Assembly: GCA_018812625.1 (NCBI GenBank)
Contig: JAHJDH010000025.1
Span: forward strand, 13,726-77,725
DNA: 64,000 bases
Source: Candidatus Micrarchaeota archaeon
GTDB taxonomy: Archaea > Micrarchaeota > Micrarchaeia > Anstonellales > Bilamarchaeaceae
Direction of reading: 5' to 3'
Shown here: in pieces, positions 47,331-56,719 of the stretch
Numbering within the stretch: the first letter of the stretch is position 1
Layout: every line of letters begins with the position of its first letter
Position numbers and translations under genes: made by a program
The notes under the pieces: generated by a model
Databases searched by the model: none
The model's input: only the letters and a program-made list of their open reading frames with translations
Told to the model about the DNA's origin: nothing

Positions 47331-48020
47331 CTAGATTCTGTTGAGTGCATCTTTGATATCTTCGATGGACATCTTGGTTACGATCATAGGAATTCTCTCG
47401 CGGTCAGAAATTTTCATTGCAAGTTTGTCTACTTTTCTTGGATCAATATTATGCAGAACAATTGCCGATGGCTTTGAAGGGCTTACTCTGACAACTACAA
47501 AAGGACTTCTTCCAGTGCTAATTCCTGTGAAGATAAACACCCTTTGGTTTACATTTCCATAAAGATTCTGGAAGTATGAAAATGGCATATCAAGAATCAC
47601 TTTGATGCTGTCAATTAGAGTGTATCCATAGATTTTCTTTGACTCAAGCATGTCTTCGTTTGTAAGCACATTGCCCCCAATAAGTCCTGAAAAATCCTTT
47701 AATGAAATTGACCTTGCAAATTCATGAACTTCAAAATATTCACTTACTGGCTTTTCCTTTTCCCTGAATTTAGAAGCAATGTGGCCTCCTTTCCTATTAT
47801 CAATATCAAAGAGGGCAGTAACAAATCTTTTTACAACATGCGTTCCTGGGGACTTTCTTCTACTTCCCTCATAATCGCTGATTGTTGAAACGGTAATGCC
47901 CAGGTGTTTAGCCAGTTCAACTTGAGAGATGCTGAAAATTTCTCTCCATTTTCTCATGGTTGCACCTGGATCATCAGAAAGAGAAATTTCTCCTGCAATT
48001 TCCATTTTTATTTTTTCCAA
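47331..48020 (-). CDS. archaeal XRE-type HTH transcriptional regulator (COG1709-like)
   Basis: IAGEISLSDDPG.TMRKWRE.F..SQ.ELA, ISDYE.SRRKSPG, FTG.STGRSP. Confidence 0.88.
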   Translation of the reverse strand: MEKIKMEIAGEISLSDDPGATMRKWREIFSISQVELAKHLGITVSTISDYEGSRRKSPGTHVVKRFVTALFDIDNRKGGHIASKFREKEKPVSEYFEVHEFARSISLKDFSGLIGGNVLTNEDMLESKKIYGYTLIDSIKVILDMPFSYFQNLYGNVNQRVFIFTGISTGRSPFVVVRVSPSKPSAIVLHNIDPRKVDKLAMKISDRERIPMIVTKMSIEDIKDALNRI

Positions 48021-48176
48021 GTTCCCAACTCATAAAATGGAGATCTATAATTAACGTCTCCCTTCTAACTTAGCTTTACTGCTTAGGTTTTAAAACAATT
48101 TCGACTATCGTCATTCTTTACTTCGGCACTTTTCTCTATGATAAAATTTTAATACTATTACTTCCAACAACAGTTC

Positions 48177-48644
48177 GTGGCATATAATCTTATTGGCGAT
48201 TTTTACAGCTTAATCAATGTTGGTCTTTTCGACAGTGCATCAATCTTACTTATCATATGCTTTATCATATGGGAAATTCCAAGATCTGTGAAACTTATTT
48301 CTGAAGAATATACTAAGGATCTATATCCTGAGCATGGAAGGGTAGTTGACTTTGTCCTTCTTGTTCTTGGACTTGCCGCAGTCTTTCTTTTTATGTCAGA
48401 TTCATCTGCAATTCTAAAATTCATGAAAACTCCTGGCATAATAGCATTTTTCCTTATATTGTTAATCGTAATTCCGCTGATCATTTTCATCGGATTTCTC
48501 AGAAGATTCTTTGGAACTCTTGAGCACAAAGAATCCATCACTATTTTCCTTGTCCACGGATTTTTGGATCTTATGCACACTCTCTTTTACATCTCTCTTT
48601 CTCTCCTTATTATCCCATCAATTGGCTTCCTTCTCTTCGCCTGA
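48177..48644 (+). CDS. hypothetical membrane protein (4 TM)
   Basis: Hydrophobic helices; fills the intergenic space. Confidence 0.7.
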   Translation: MAYNLIGDFYSLINVGLFDSASILLIICFIIWEIPRSVKLISEEYTKDLYPEHGRVVDFVLLVLGLAAVFLFMSDSSAILKFMKTPGIIAFFLILLIVIPLIIFIGFLRRFFGTLEHKESITIFLVHGFLDLMHTLFYISLSLLIIPSIGFLLFA

Positions 48645-48701
48645 GCCTCCATTGCAGGTTTTAAAGCTTTTCTAAACATAGTTTTCTTCGGTGTTCCTAT
48701 T

Positions 48702-48944
48702 ATGCCTCCAAAGAAAAAAAGAACAAAGAAGAAAATTGTCACAAAAAAGAAGGTTGTAAATGTGAAGAAAGAAGAAATTCGAGATGCACACCTTCCAGGA
48801 TACTTGCTTATTGCATTTGGTCTCTTGGGTCTTGGTATTAACTTTGACTTGTTTGCAGGCCTAACATGGGTAAAAGCATATCCACTTCTAGCAGTTCTCT
48901 TCGGAGTAGTTGCATTAGTCAAACTTGCAATTTCCCGGGACTAA
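48702..48944 (+). CDS. small membrane protein with Lys-rich N-terminus
   Basis: MPPKKKRTKKK followed by 2 TM helices. Confidence 0.65.
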   Translation: MPPKKKRTKKKIVTKKKVVNVKKEEIRDAHLPGYLLIAFGLLGLGINFDLFAGLTWVKAYPLLAVLFGVVALVKLAISRD

Positions 48945-49708
48945 TCAAGATACTCGACTGCATTTTTGAAAATTCGAAGCCCCATGGGCTCTTTTACTTT
49001 TCCTCTAATCCAATATGGGCAGTTTTCAATAATATTAAATGCCTCAGGGTGTGGCATCATTCCAAATATCCTTCCTGTTTTGTCGCAGATTCCTGCAATA
49101 TTCAAAACAGATCCATTGGGGTTGTGTGGGAATCCTGCGAGCTTTCCATCCTTATCCGTATATTGAAATACTATCTGATTATTCTTTTTCAGCTCTTCAA
49201 GAACAGCATCATCATTCGGTATAAACTTGCCTTCTCCATGCCTTACTGGTGCAAGAAGATACTCAAGTCCTTTTGAAAAGACACATGGAGACTTTGTATT
49301 TGTCTTTAGTACGACCCAACGGTCTTCATAATGCCCGGAATCATTTCCAATTAGTGTTACTCTTTGATTGAAATCCGGCTCAGGTAGTAGTCCCATCTTA
49401 ACTAGCACCTGAAATCCATTGCAAATTCCCAAAACCAATTTGTCTGCTTTAATAAAATCCTCAAGTTCATCTCTTAGCTTGAATTTCATTTTATTTGCAA
49501 AAACTTTTCCAGAGCCCAGATCATCTCCAAATGAGAATCCTCCGGGGATAAATAGCATATTGTATTCTTCAAGAAGCCCTGGATTATCTAGCACTTTATT
49601 CAGGTGAAGGATGTCTGCACGTCCTCCACTCTTTTCAATAGCGTTCTTGCTTTCATGTTCGCAATTGATCCCATATCCATAAAGTACCAGAGCCTTCATA
49701 CATACCAC
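48941..49708 (-). CDS. purQ: phosphoribosylformylglycinamidine synthase subunit PurQ
   Basis: GINCE, PGGFSFGD, GICNGFQ, HGEG, NPNGS, GMMPHPE. Confidence 0.96.
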   Translation of the reverse strand: MVCMKALVLYGYGINCEHESKNAIEKSGGRADILHLNKVLDNPGLLEEYNMLFIPGGFSFGDDLGSGKVFANKMKFKLRDELEDFIKADKLVLGICNGFQVLVKMGLLPEPDFNQRVTLIGNDSGHYEDRWVVLKTNTKSPCVFSKGLEYLLAPVRHGEGKFIPNDDAVLEELKKNNQIVFQYTDKDGKLAGFPHNPNGSVLNIAGICDKTGRIFGMMPHPEAFNIIENCPYWIRGKVKEPMGLRIFKNAVEYLD

Positions 49709-49725
49709 TTTCTAGATTAGATATT

Positions 49726-50100
49726 TTAGACCTTTCGAAGCCCCCTAATTCCCTCAAATTTCCATGGGCTTCTCGTAAATATAAATGCATCATTTGCTAT
49801 GCAGATTGAAGCAGTTAAGACGCTTCCAACTGGTTTTGGCAGTTCTCCCTTGGCTTTGATCTCCTTATTTATCTTTGTTGCAATCACTGCAGCTTTTTTG
49901 TCAAATGGAAGTATTGTGACACTATTTGAAAAGTTGGTTATTACCTCTACTTTTTTTATTGTCTCAAGAAGCTGCATCATACTCATGCTTGTAATGCAGA
50001 TTTCTTCTCGATCTGCATAATATTTCAGTTTTTCAATAGTGCCTGGGTCTCCCCGAAGAAAATCAAGGGCAGTCTCATAATCAAGACAGATCTTTTCCAT
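49726..50100 (-). CDS. PIN-domain (VapC-like) protein with degenerate active site
   Basis: ICLD...LDFLRG, ILPFDKKAA, KFEGIRGL; directly downstream of an antitoxin-like gene. Confidence 0.8.
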   Translation of the reverse strand: MEKICLDYETALDFLRGDPGTIEKLKYYADREEICITSMSMMQLLETIKKVEVITNFSNSVTILPFDKKAAVIATKINKEIKAKGELPKPVGSVLTASICIANDAFIFTRSPWKFEGIRGLRKV

Positions 50101-50104
50101 AGTC

Positions 50105-50332
50105 TCACTGCTCTATCCAGTTGTACTCTTCGCGTTTGATTCTGTTAACTTCACGTCTTGCAATATCCTTATCTTCAATGCTTCCAGCAAGGCTGATAAT
50201 CGTGCTTTCCTGTTTCCTTTCCTTTAGCAAAAATCGCAGAACCTGACTAAAACTCATGTCTTTGGATGATTTTAATCTCTTAAGCTCGTCGTAAACATCA
50301 TCCATAATCGTTATTACCCGTACCATTTCCAT
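50105..50332 (-). CDS. VapB-like antitoxin (DUF217-like)
   Basis: VITIMDDVYDELKRLK...SFSQVL..LL...LAG. Confidence 0.8.
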   Translation of the reverse strand: MEMVRVITIMDDVYDELKRLKSSKDMSFSQVLRFLLKERKQESTIISLAGSIEDKDIARREVNRIKREEYNWIEQ

Positions 50333-50549
50333 CCCCTTTTTTGTGAAATTTTAGCCAATAATTCCATGTAAATGCATGCACTAAATACATTTATATGTTT
50401 TACCTCGTGTTTTCTCAACGTGTTCCTTTCTGCATTGTTTTATGTTTCTAATATTCTTCTCATAAAAACAAATTCTTTTAAACTCGAAAAAGCCGAAACA
50501 GTATACTCCTCCCGTAAAATGAGGAAACGCGACTAAAGGTGAAAAATAT

Positions 50550-51635
50550 ATGGAAGATTTAGTAAGATCTGTAATGGGCGAAGCTGCTCCAGAAAAGGAA
50601 TCTCAGAGTGCAGAATCAATGAGTTCTGAGACAATTAAGATTGTAACCGTTGGTATTGGTGGTGCTGGAAACAACACTATCAATAGATTGATCAAATCAG
50701 GAGTTAAGGGTACTGAACTTGTTGCAATAAACACCGACAAGCAGCACTTGAATATAGTTCATGAAAGATCAAAGAAAGTTCTTATCGGAAAATCCGTAAC
50801 AAAAGGTCTTGGTGCAGGAGGCTACCCAGATGTTGGTGCCAAATCCGCAGAAGTAGATAGGCCCTTAATTGAAAGAGAACTCGAAGGTGCACACTTAGTA
50901 TTTATCTGCGCTGGTATGGGTGGTGGAACTGGTGGTGGAGCTGCTCCTATTGTATCCCAGATTGCAAAAGAACAGGGTGCAATTGTAGTTGCTATGGTTA
51001 CCTATCCATTTGCTCTTGAGAGAGCCCGTAGAAAGAAAGCAGAAGAGGGTATTAAATTACTCAAAAAGAACTGTGACTCAGTCATTATTCTCGACAACAA
51101 CAGATTGGTTAAATTGGTACCAAACCTTCCAATGGCAGAAGCATTTGCAGTAGCAGACGAAATTCTAGCTAGAGCAATTTCTGGTCTTGTTTGGACAATT
51201 ACACAACCATCACTCATTAACATCGACTTTGCAGACGTCAGATCCATTATGGAAGGCGGAGGAGTCGGATTCATTGCAGTTGGTGAAGGAAAGGGCAACG
51301 ACAAAGTTACTGGTGCTGCTCAAGGTGTTATCAAGAACAGACTTCTTGATGTTGACTTTGAAGGTGCTAAAGGCGCTCTTATCCACATCAGTGGAGGATC
51401 TGATCTTACCCTTGGTGATGCCATTAAAGCCGGTGAAATTATTACCGAGAAAATGGATGCTGAGGCCAATGTTAAATGGGGCGCCCGAATCATGCAGAAC
51501 TACGAAGGCAAACTCGAAATCGTTGCAATCGTAACTGGCGTTACTGGCGCATCTGTTGCAGGTCAATCAATGGTGGAGGAAGAAGAAGTATCAACTCAGC
51601 CAGAATACTCCCGAGACCTTGAAATGCTCGGATAG
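50550..51635 (+). CDS. ftsZ: cell division protein FtsZ (probably FtsZ2 clade)
   Basis: [42 protein letters not shown]; GGTGA RBS. Confidence 0.96.
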   Translation: MEDLVRSVMGEAAPEKESQSAESMSSETIKIVTVGIGGAGNNTINRLIKSGVKGTELVAINTDKQHLNIVHERSKKVLIGKSVTKGLGAGGYPDVGAKSAEVDRPLIERELEGAHLVFICAGMGGGTGGGAAPIVSQIAKEQGAIVVAMVTYPFALERARRKKAEEGIKLLKKNCDSVIILDNNRLVKLVPNLPMAEAFAVADEILARAISGLVWTITQPSLINIDFADVRSIMEGGGVGFIAVGEGKGNDKVTGAAQGVIKNRLLDVDFEGAKGALIHISGGSDLTLGDAIKAGEIITEKMDAEANVKWGARIMQNYEGKLEIVAIVTGVTGASVAGQSMVEEEEVSTQPEYSRDLEMLG

Positions 51636-51666
51636 TTTTCTTTTTTTTTATTTTCCTTTTATTTTG
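51636..51666 (+). terminator. oligo-T terminator after ftsZ
   Basis: TTTTCTTTTTTTTTATTTTCCTTTT immediately after the stop codon. Confidence 0.55.
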
Positions 51667-51706
51667 TGCTTCGAATTAAATCTCTTTGCTCCTCAAATTC
51701 TCTTGT

Positions 51707-52420
51707 ATGAAACTCAAAATCATCTCCAATCCTGGCAAAGATTGGACTTCTAAGATTGCACAAGATGTTCGATCTTTTCTAACAGACAATAATCATTCTA
51801 TCGTAGAAACAGGAGCTGATGCAACCATCTGCATTGGTGGCGATGGTACAATTCTCTATGCCAATTACCAGAAAAAAGTCGAAGGACCAATTCTTGGAAT
51901 TGGAACAAAAAAGAGCTACATCTGCCAACTAGAGAGGAAATCCTGGAAAGAGAACATTCTCCAAACCCTCTCTGGAAATACTGTTTCAATCATGTCTATT
52001 AAAGCTTCAATTGATGGTAGGCAGTTCACTGCACTAAATGATTTTGTTATCCATGCAAAAAACTACCGTGTCATTGAAATAGCTGTTGCTGATTCTGATC
52101 AAATTTCTCTTTTCCGAGGTGATGGATTGATTGTATCTTCTGCGCTGGGCTCTTCTGCATATGCCTATTCTGCTGGTGGAACTCAGCTTCCCCCAGATGA
52201 ACAAAAAATAGTGGTTGTTCCAATTGCCCCATACAAAAGAGCATTTGCTCCAGAAGTGCTTCCTTCAACTATTAAGCTTTCAATTTATTCAAAACAAGAA
52301 TGTGCTTTCATATCTGATGGTGTTTTAGTTTCGGATTTGCCTTCTGGCACCAAAGTAAACATTGAAAAAGGGGATGACATACTATTTTTCGCAGGAGTTG
52401 GTCACTATAAACAGAGATGA
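51707..52420 (+). CDS. nadK: NAD(+) kinase
   Basis: GGDGT, ALND, GDGLIVSS..GSSAYAYSAGG. Confidence 0.9.
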   Translation: MKLKIISNPGKDWTSKIAQDVRSFLTDNNHSIVETGADATICIGGDGTILYANYQKKVEGPILGIGTKKSYICQLERKSWKENILQTLSGNTVSIMSIKASIDGRQFTALNDFVIHAKNYRVIEIAVADSDQISLFRGDGLIVSSALGSSAYAYSAGGTQLPPDEQKIVVVPIAPYKRAFAPEVLPSTIKLSIYSKQECAFISDGVLVSDLPSGTKVNIEKGDDILFFAGVGHYKQR

Positions 52421-52841
52421 AATATTTGAACAGGGATTTGTTGATGTCAAGGTCCACGTAACTGGTCTTCGCCAATGCCATCGACTTGCAGTAGTTAAAG
52501 AAGATACGAATCGTGGAATTTTTACTTATCTTGAATCAAAGCATTATATTCCAACTTCAGAGTTAGTTCGAATTTCAGAAATACTGCAGCTTCCAATAAA
52601 ACACAATGCAACAGTTGTTTTTCCAAAGGGAAAGATGCCAAAAGATTTTCTTGAGAAAAAAGCAGTGGTAACTGTTGAAGCAGAAACTATAGAAGCTGAA
52701 ATCGAAGAGGATGAGCCTGAAGAAGATACTTCACAATCTACAAAATCAGAAGAACCTCCAGCTGAAGAAACTACTGAAGCAAAAGAATCTTCATTTCTCG
52801 AGCAAGTAGCAGTTACTCCAGAAGAACCCAAATCAAACTAA
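52374..52841 (+). CDS. hypothetical protein with acidic C-terminal tail
   Basis: Globular N-terminal half, E/T/S-rich tail; overlaps the nadK 3' end. Confidence 0.6.
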   Translation: MTYYFSQELVTINRDEIFEQGFVDVKVHVTGLRQCHRLAVVKEDTNRGIFTYLESKHYIPTSELVRISEILQLPIKHNATVVFPKGKMPKDFLEKKAVVTVEAETIEAEIEEDEPEEDTSQSTKSEEPPAEETTEAKESSFLEQVAVTPEEPKSN

Positions 52842-53719
52842 TTCTTTTCTTTTAATATTGCGATTACTTCCTCGCCTATTCTGTTCTGCGCCTCCTTTGT
52901 GGCAGCTCCAATATGCGGAGTAAATGAAACATTATCAAGCTCAAGAAGTTTTCCAGAATATGGTTCATTTGGATAAACATCTAATGCAGCGCCAAGGAGC
53001 TTTCCGTTTTTGCATGCTTCATAAAGAGCGCCTTCATCAATAATTTCTCCTCTAGATGTGTTTATGATATATGCCGTATCTTTCATTTTTGCAATGCTTT
53101 CTTTGTTAATCATCCCTATGGTATTAGGAAGTGCTGGAACATGAAGAGAAATCACATCTGCTCTCTGTAGGAACTGATCAAAATCTTCTACATATTCTCC
53201 AATTTCATCACTTATTCTGGGATGTGGGCTGAATGCAATGATTTTCATTCCAAGGCCATGTGCTTTTTTAGCCAGCATTGAGCCAATTCTTCCATAACCG
53301 ATTATTCCAAGGGTTTTTCCAGAAATTTCATACCCTGTAAGATGCTTTTTATCCCATTTTCCGTTTTTCATCTGCCATTGTGCTTTTTGTACGTTTCGAA
53401 GTCCTGAAATCATTACTCCAAGAACGAGCTCTGCAACTGCATTAGCAGATGCTCCAGGCGTGTTTCTCACTTCTATTCCCTTTTCTTTGCAGGCATCCTT
53501 GTCAATATTGTCTATTCCAACTCCAGCACGGATTACTAACTTGAGCGTTTCAGTATTTTCAATCAGATCCTTGGTTACTTTGGTCGCACTTCTAACAATC
53601 AATGCGTCTGCATCTCCTAAAGCTTGCTTGAGATCTTCTGGTTTGTATTTGACCTGTCCAATCTCTTGGATTGCCAAAACCACACTCTCCTCCATATTAT
53701 CTGCAATTACGATTAGCAT
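52838..53719 (-). CDS. D-3-phosphoglycerate dehydrogenase / D-2-hydroxyacid dehydrogenase
   Basis: VRS, RAGVGIDNID, AVAE, GYGRIG, INTSRG, LDV..EP, TPHIGA.T.EAQ; no ACT tail. Confidence 0.9.
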   Translation of the reverse strand: MLIVIADNMEESVVLAIQEIGQVKYKPEDLKQALGDADALIVRSATKVTKDLIENTETLKLVIRAGVGIDNIDKDACKEKGIEVRNTPGASANAVAELVLGVMISGLRNVQKAQWQMKNGKWDKKHLTGYEISGKTLGIIGYGRIGSMLAKKAHGLGMKIIAFSPHPRISDEIGEYVEDFDQFLQRADVISLHVPALPNTIGMINKESIAKMKDTAYIINTSRGEIIDEGALYEACKNGKLLGAALDVYPNEPYSGKLLELDNVSFTPHIGAATKEAQNRIGEEVIAILKEKN

Positions 53720-54026
53720 AATTGAAATATACTAGAAATTCTTTTTATTGTGTTGTAGTCTACTAGTTTTCTCCTTTGAAATTGATACATAGTCTTATAA
53801 ATTCAAATATCCACTATAAATTCACAAACATTTACGACCAGTGTTGTTAATTTGTTATAATCTCAGTAGAAATAATGATATCTTCCATGGTATTTGTCGT
53901 ATTTCCCCACTGTAACATAATAATTGTGTAAAATTGCACAATGTTTATATAGAAACGTGTGAATTTCCCAGGATTCTCCGCGAAACATATATATACTTCC
54001 CATCCTAATATATATCAGGTGGGGGG

Positions 54027-54323
54027 ATGGCAATGTTCAATGAAACAAGGAGGAATACAAAAAGGTTGTTGGGTTTGACATGTGCATTGGAGCTTGGAAC
54101 AAACTCAGATGAGCTGAAATATGATTTTATGCTCAATACTGCAAAACAGCTCCAAGCTGCACTTGGAAATAACCACGTTCCGCTGACAACTGCGGAAAAA
54201 GTCAGAATAGTAAAATCAATTACGCGTGCCAAGGTGGTGGCCTACAGAAAAGGTGCAAGTGATGATTACAGGACATTTAGAGCCTTGAACTTGATCAGCA
54301 CTGATCTTGTGAAAATGCTCTGA
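54027..54323 (+). CDS. hypothetical protein
   Basis: 98-aa ORF with GGTGGGGG RBS and AT-rich promoter-like upstream region. Confidence 0.6.
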   Translation: MAMFNETRRNTKRLLGLTCALELGTNSDELKYDFMLNTAKQLQAALGNNHVPLTTAEKVRIVKSITRAKVVAYRKGASDDYRTFRALNLISTDLVKML

Positions 54324-54342
54324 TGCCTCAAGGTGATAAAAA

Positions 54343-54747
54343 ATGAAATCAGTTACCATAGTTTCAGAAGACCGAGTAGGTCTTCTGGCAGATATATCGT
54401 ACATCCTTGGAAAGTCCAGCGTAAATATCGATGGGCTTCATGTTGATGTAATAGGCGGCAAGGCAGTGATCTCCATGGAGGTCAAAGACCCTAAAAAGGC
54501 CGATGACATCCTTATTAGGAATGGATTCAAGACTACTGATCCAACAGCGATCGTAATCAAGGTATCCAATAATTCTATGGAGAAGATTACTGAAATGCTT
54601 GAACTTGAAAAAGTAACCATTAAGGGACTTAACAAACTGTCTTCAGATTCTAATGAAGGAATCTTTGCAATCAATGTAGACAAGCCAAGAAAAGCAACAA
54701 AGATGCTTTCTCCATTTCTCTTAGGAAATCAGGATGCTATATATTAG
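54343..54747 (+). CDS. tandem ACT-domain protein
   Basis: TIVSEDRVGLLADISYILG...VNI; GGTGA RBS. Confidence 0.85.
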   Translation: MKSVTIVSEDRVGLLADISYILGKSSVNIDGLHVDVIGGKAVISMEVKDPKKADDILIRNGFKTTDPTAIVIKVSNNSMEKITEMLELEKVTIKGLNKLSSDSNEGIFAINVDKPRKATKMLSPFLLGNQDAIY

Positions 54748-55826
54748 CTTGTGATTTCCTCTATTCTTTTTTCTTTCTCTGCTTGTTTTACTTCTTTTGC
54801 AATTCTTCTACCAAAGCTCATACTCTCTCTATATAAGTATTCAGAATATGGAGTAAATCTGGTCCCAGGGGATCCTGGCATTCTAAGAGAAACATCAAAA
54901 CAAACGAATTTTTCCCCTTCTTCTTCAACAAATGCTCCTTGAAGAGCAAACGGTCCAACAAGCCCGTGTTTGTATTCTTTTTGAACTGCCCGTGCAAAAT
55001 TATCTCCAAGCTCAAAGACCTGCTCAAGCAGAGATTCTCTGAGTGTACATGCAATGTGCCCTACTTCGATTGTTGATGGCTGTGCCATTTTCAAAAGCTC
55101 TAGCTGTACATCTGCTGGCATTCTCAGGTATCCGTCAATGTTTGTCTGCCTTCGCGTATCAATTCCGAGAAGTTCCACTTCATCAAGAAGCGGGGAATAG
55201 AAGAAATTCAGATTAAAATGAGCTCCAACAATGTATTCTTCAATTGTTGCTTTTTTCAAATCCTCCTCAGTAATCTTCCCCATCATGAGCATATATTTAC
55301 TTTTTTCTTTATAGTCCTCATAATCTCGAGCAAGGAAGAATGCTCTCTCATAGCTTCTCTTGGCCTCACTCACCTTCACAATACAAAGTCGATCTATCTT
55401 ATCTGGAGAATCGAACTTCTTTGGAGATCTCACACCTGCTTTTTCCATGAGGTGGTACTGGTTCTTTTTTGCATCCCGCTCCTCTGCTCTAAGCAGGTAC
55501 TTATTTCCAAAAACAGGAACATTAAACTCATTTTCAATAGCATCATATCCAACATATACTGCAAATGATCTATTTGGAACAAAAATTGAATTTCTTTCTT
55601 TGAGGTAGTCTTGCCTTTCAATAATTTCATTGAATTTATTCAAAAGAAGCAGCTCATCAACAACTCCAACTTCAGTGTCTCCTCTCATTCTGGTTTTATA
55701 TGGTCCGAGGTATGTCTTTTCCCTGCCTTTTTGGGCAACTACGACAGTATCAAATCCTTCGGCTTTAGCTCCTTCGCACACATCAAGAGCAGAATGGCTT
55801 CCTAAGGTAGCAATAGTATGAGTCAT
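54744..55826 (-). CDS. purP: PurP-family formate-dependent AICAR formyltransferase (ATP-grasp)
   Basis: ATLGSHSAL, FVPNRSF, GNK..L..EER, IEEY, LRESLL, GPFALQ, DVSLR.PG. Confidence 0.93.
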   Translation of the reverse strand: MTHTIATLGSHSALDVCEGAKAEGFDTVVVAQKGREKTYLGPYKTRMRGDTEVGVVDELLLLNKFNEIIERQDYLKERNSIFVPNRSFAVYVGYDAIENEFNVPVFGNKYLLRAEERDAKKNQYHLMEKAGVRSPKKFDSPDKIDRLCIVKVSEAKRSYERAFFLARDYEDYKEKSKYMLMMGKITEEDLKKATIEEYIVGAHFNLNFFYSPLLDEVELLGIDTRRQTNIDGYLRMPADVQLELLKMAQPSTIEVGHIACTLRESLLEQVFELGDNFARAVQKEYKHGLVGPFALQGAFVEEEGEKFVCFDVSLRMPGSPGTRFTPYSEYLYRESMSFGRRIAKEVKQAEKEKRIEEITS

Positions 55827-55903
55827 ATGCTGATTTTGCAATCCACATTTTAAAAACCACGCCGGTTATGAATGTTTATATACATTCATGGAGACAAGAT
55901 TTT

Positions 55904-56719
55904 ATGAAAAAGTTGCTCATCCTTCTTTTACTGCTTACTATCTCGAATGCCGAGTTTGTCATCGAACGGGTAGATGTAACTATTAGTGATATTGGTCCTG
56001 ATGGAGGCGCAAAAGTTCATGAGAACATTAAAATGATAACCTATGGAGACCATTCCAATTCTGTTTATGATAGTGGAATTACAAACAACAGACTTTCTTT
56101 TTGGTCTAATAGTACTGGATTAAAGGATGTTAAGATACACGTGAATCCTGCACTTGTTGATATACGTGATTTCAGATTGCGCCCTCAGCCAAGATCCAAA
56201 TGCAATCCGATTCAGGGAATTTGCCATGGAGAGCTTATCCTTGACTATTGGGCATATCCTGCATTTGAAAATGAAACTGCTATCTATGGAACCGGTCTGT
56301 TTGAAGTTGATCAATACAAACCAAGAACTAGAAGATATACTATCAATCCAGCTGCTCTTGCATTTACAAAAACTCCTGAAGATAACATAGTTCTTGAGAA
56401 GCAGGTTTATCTTATCGTGGAGCTTCCAACTGATAGTGTCACTTTGGATGTCAATCCTCTTCCGGAAGAAGAAGAGCTTGATCTTCCAACTCACATAAAC
56501 CAGTTGTCCTGGAACGACGTGGTTTTAGTCAAACTGTCTCTTATATTTGATGTTGAGGGAAGCATTGACGAGGAAGTAACCGATTTCTTTAGCAATATTG
56601 CAAAAGGAATAAGTGATACGCTATCAAGTCCGCATGGGCTTCCGTTAATCGGTCTTTTAGTCTTGGTAGTCGGATCATACCTGTATATTATAATGGCAAA
56701 GCGAAGAGGCGAGGAATAA
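55904..56719 (+). CDS. secreted protein with C-terminal TM anchor
   Basis: Signal peptide MKKLLILLLLL..NA; C-terminal TM followed by KRR. Confidence 0.75.
   Translation: MKKLLILLLLLTISNAEFVIERVDVTISDIGPDGGAKVHENIKMITYGDHSNSVYDSGITNNRLSFWSNSTGLKDVKIHVNPALVDIRDFRLRPQPRSKCNPIQGICHGELILDYWAYPAFENETAIYGTGLFEVDQYKPRTRRYTINPAALAFTKTPEDNIVLEKQVYLIVELPTDSVTLDVNPLPEEEELDLPTHINQLSWNDVVLVKLSLIFDVEGSIDEEVTDFFSNIAKGISDTLSSPHGLPLIGLLVLVVGSYLYIIMAKRRGEE

Noticed and set aside
48005-48033. Frameshift at the start of the COG1709 regulator (out-of-frame ATG at 48033)
   Set aside because: In-frame TTG 48020 or ATG 48005 gives an essentially full-length protein, so no recoding needs to be invoked.
50910-50945. 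FtsZ signature GGGTGGG instead of GGGTG(T/S)G
   Set aside because: A single substitution with all other GTPase motifs intact; not evidence for a distinct tubulin-family protein.
53720-54026. Structured ncRNA in the 300-bp intergenic region
   Set aside because: AT-rich with promoter-like tracts for divergent genes; no stable stem or known motif found.
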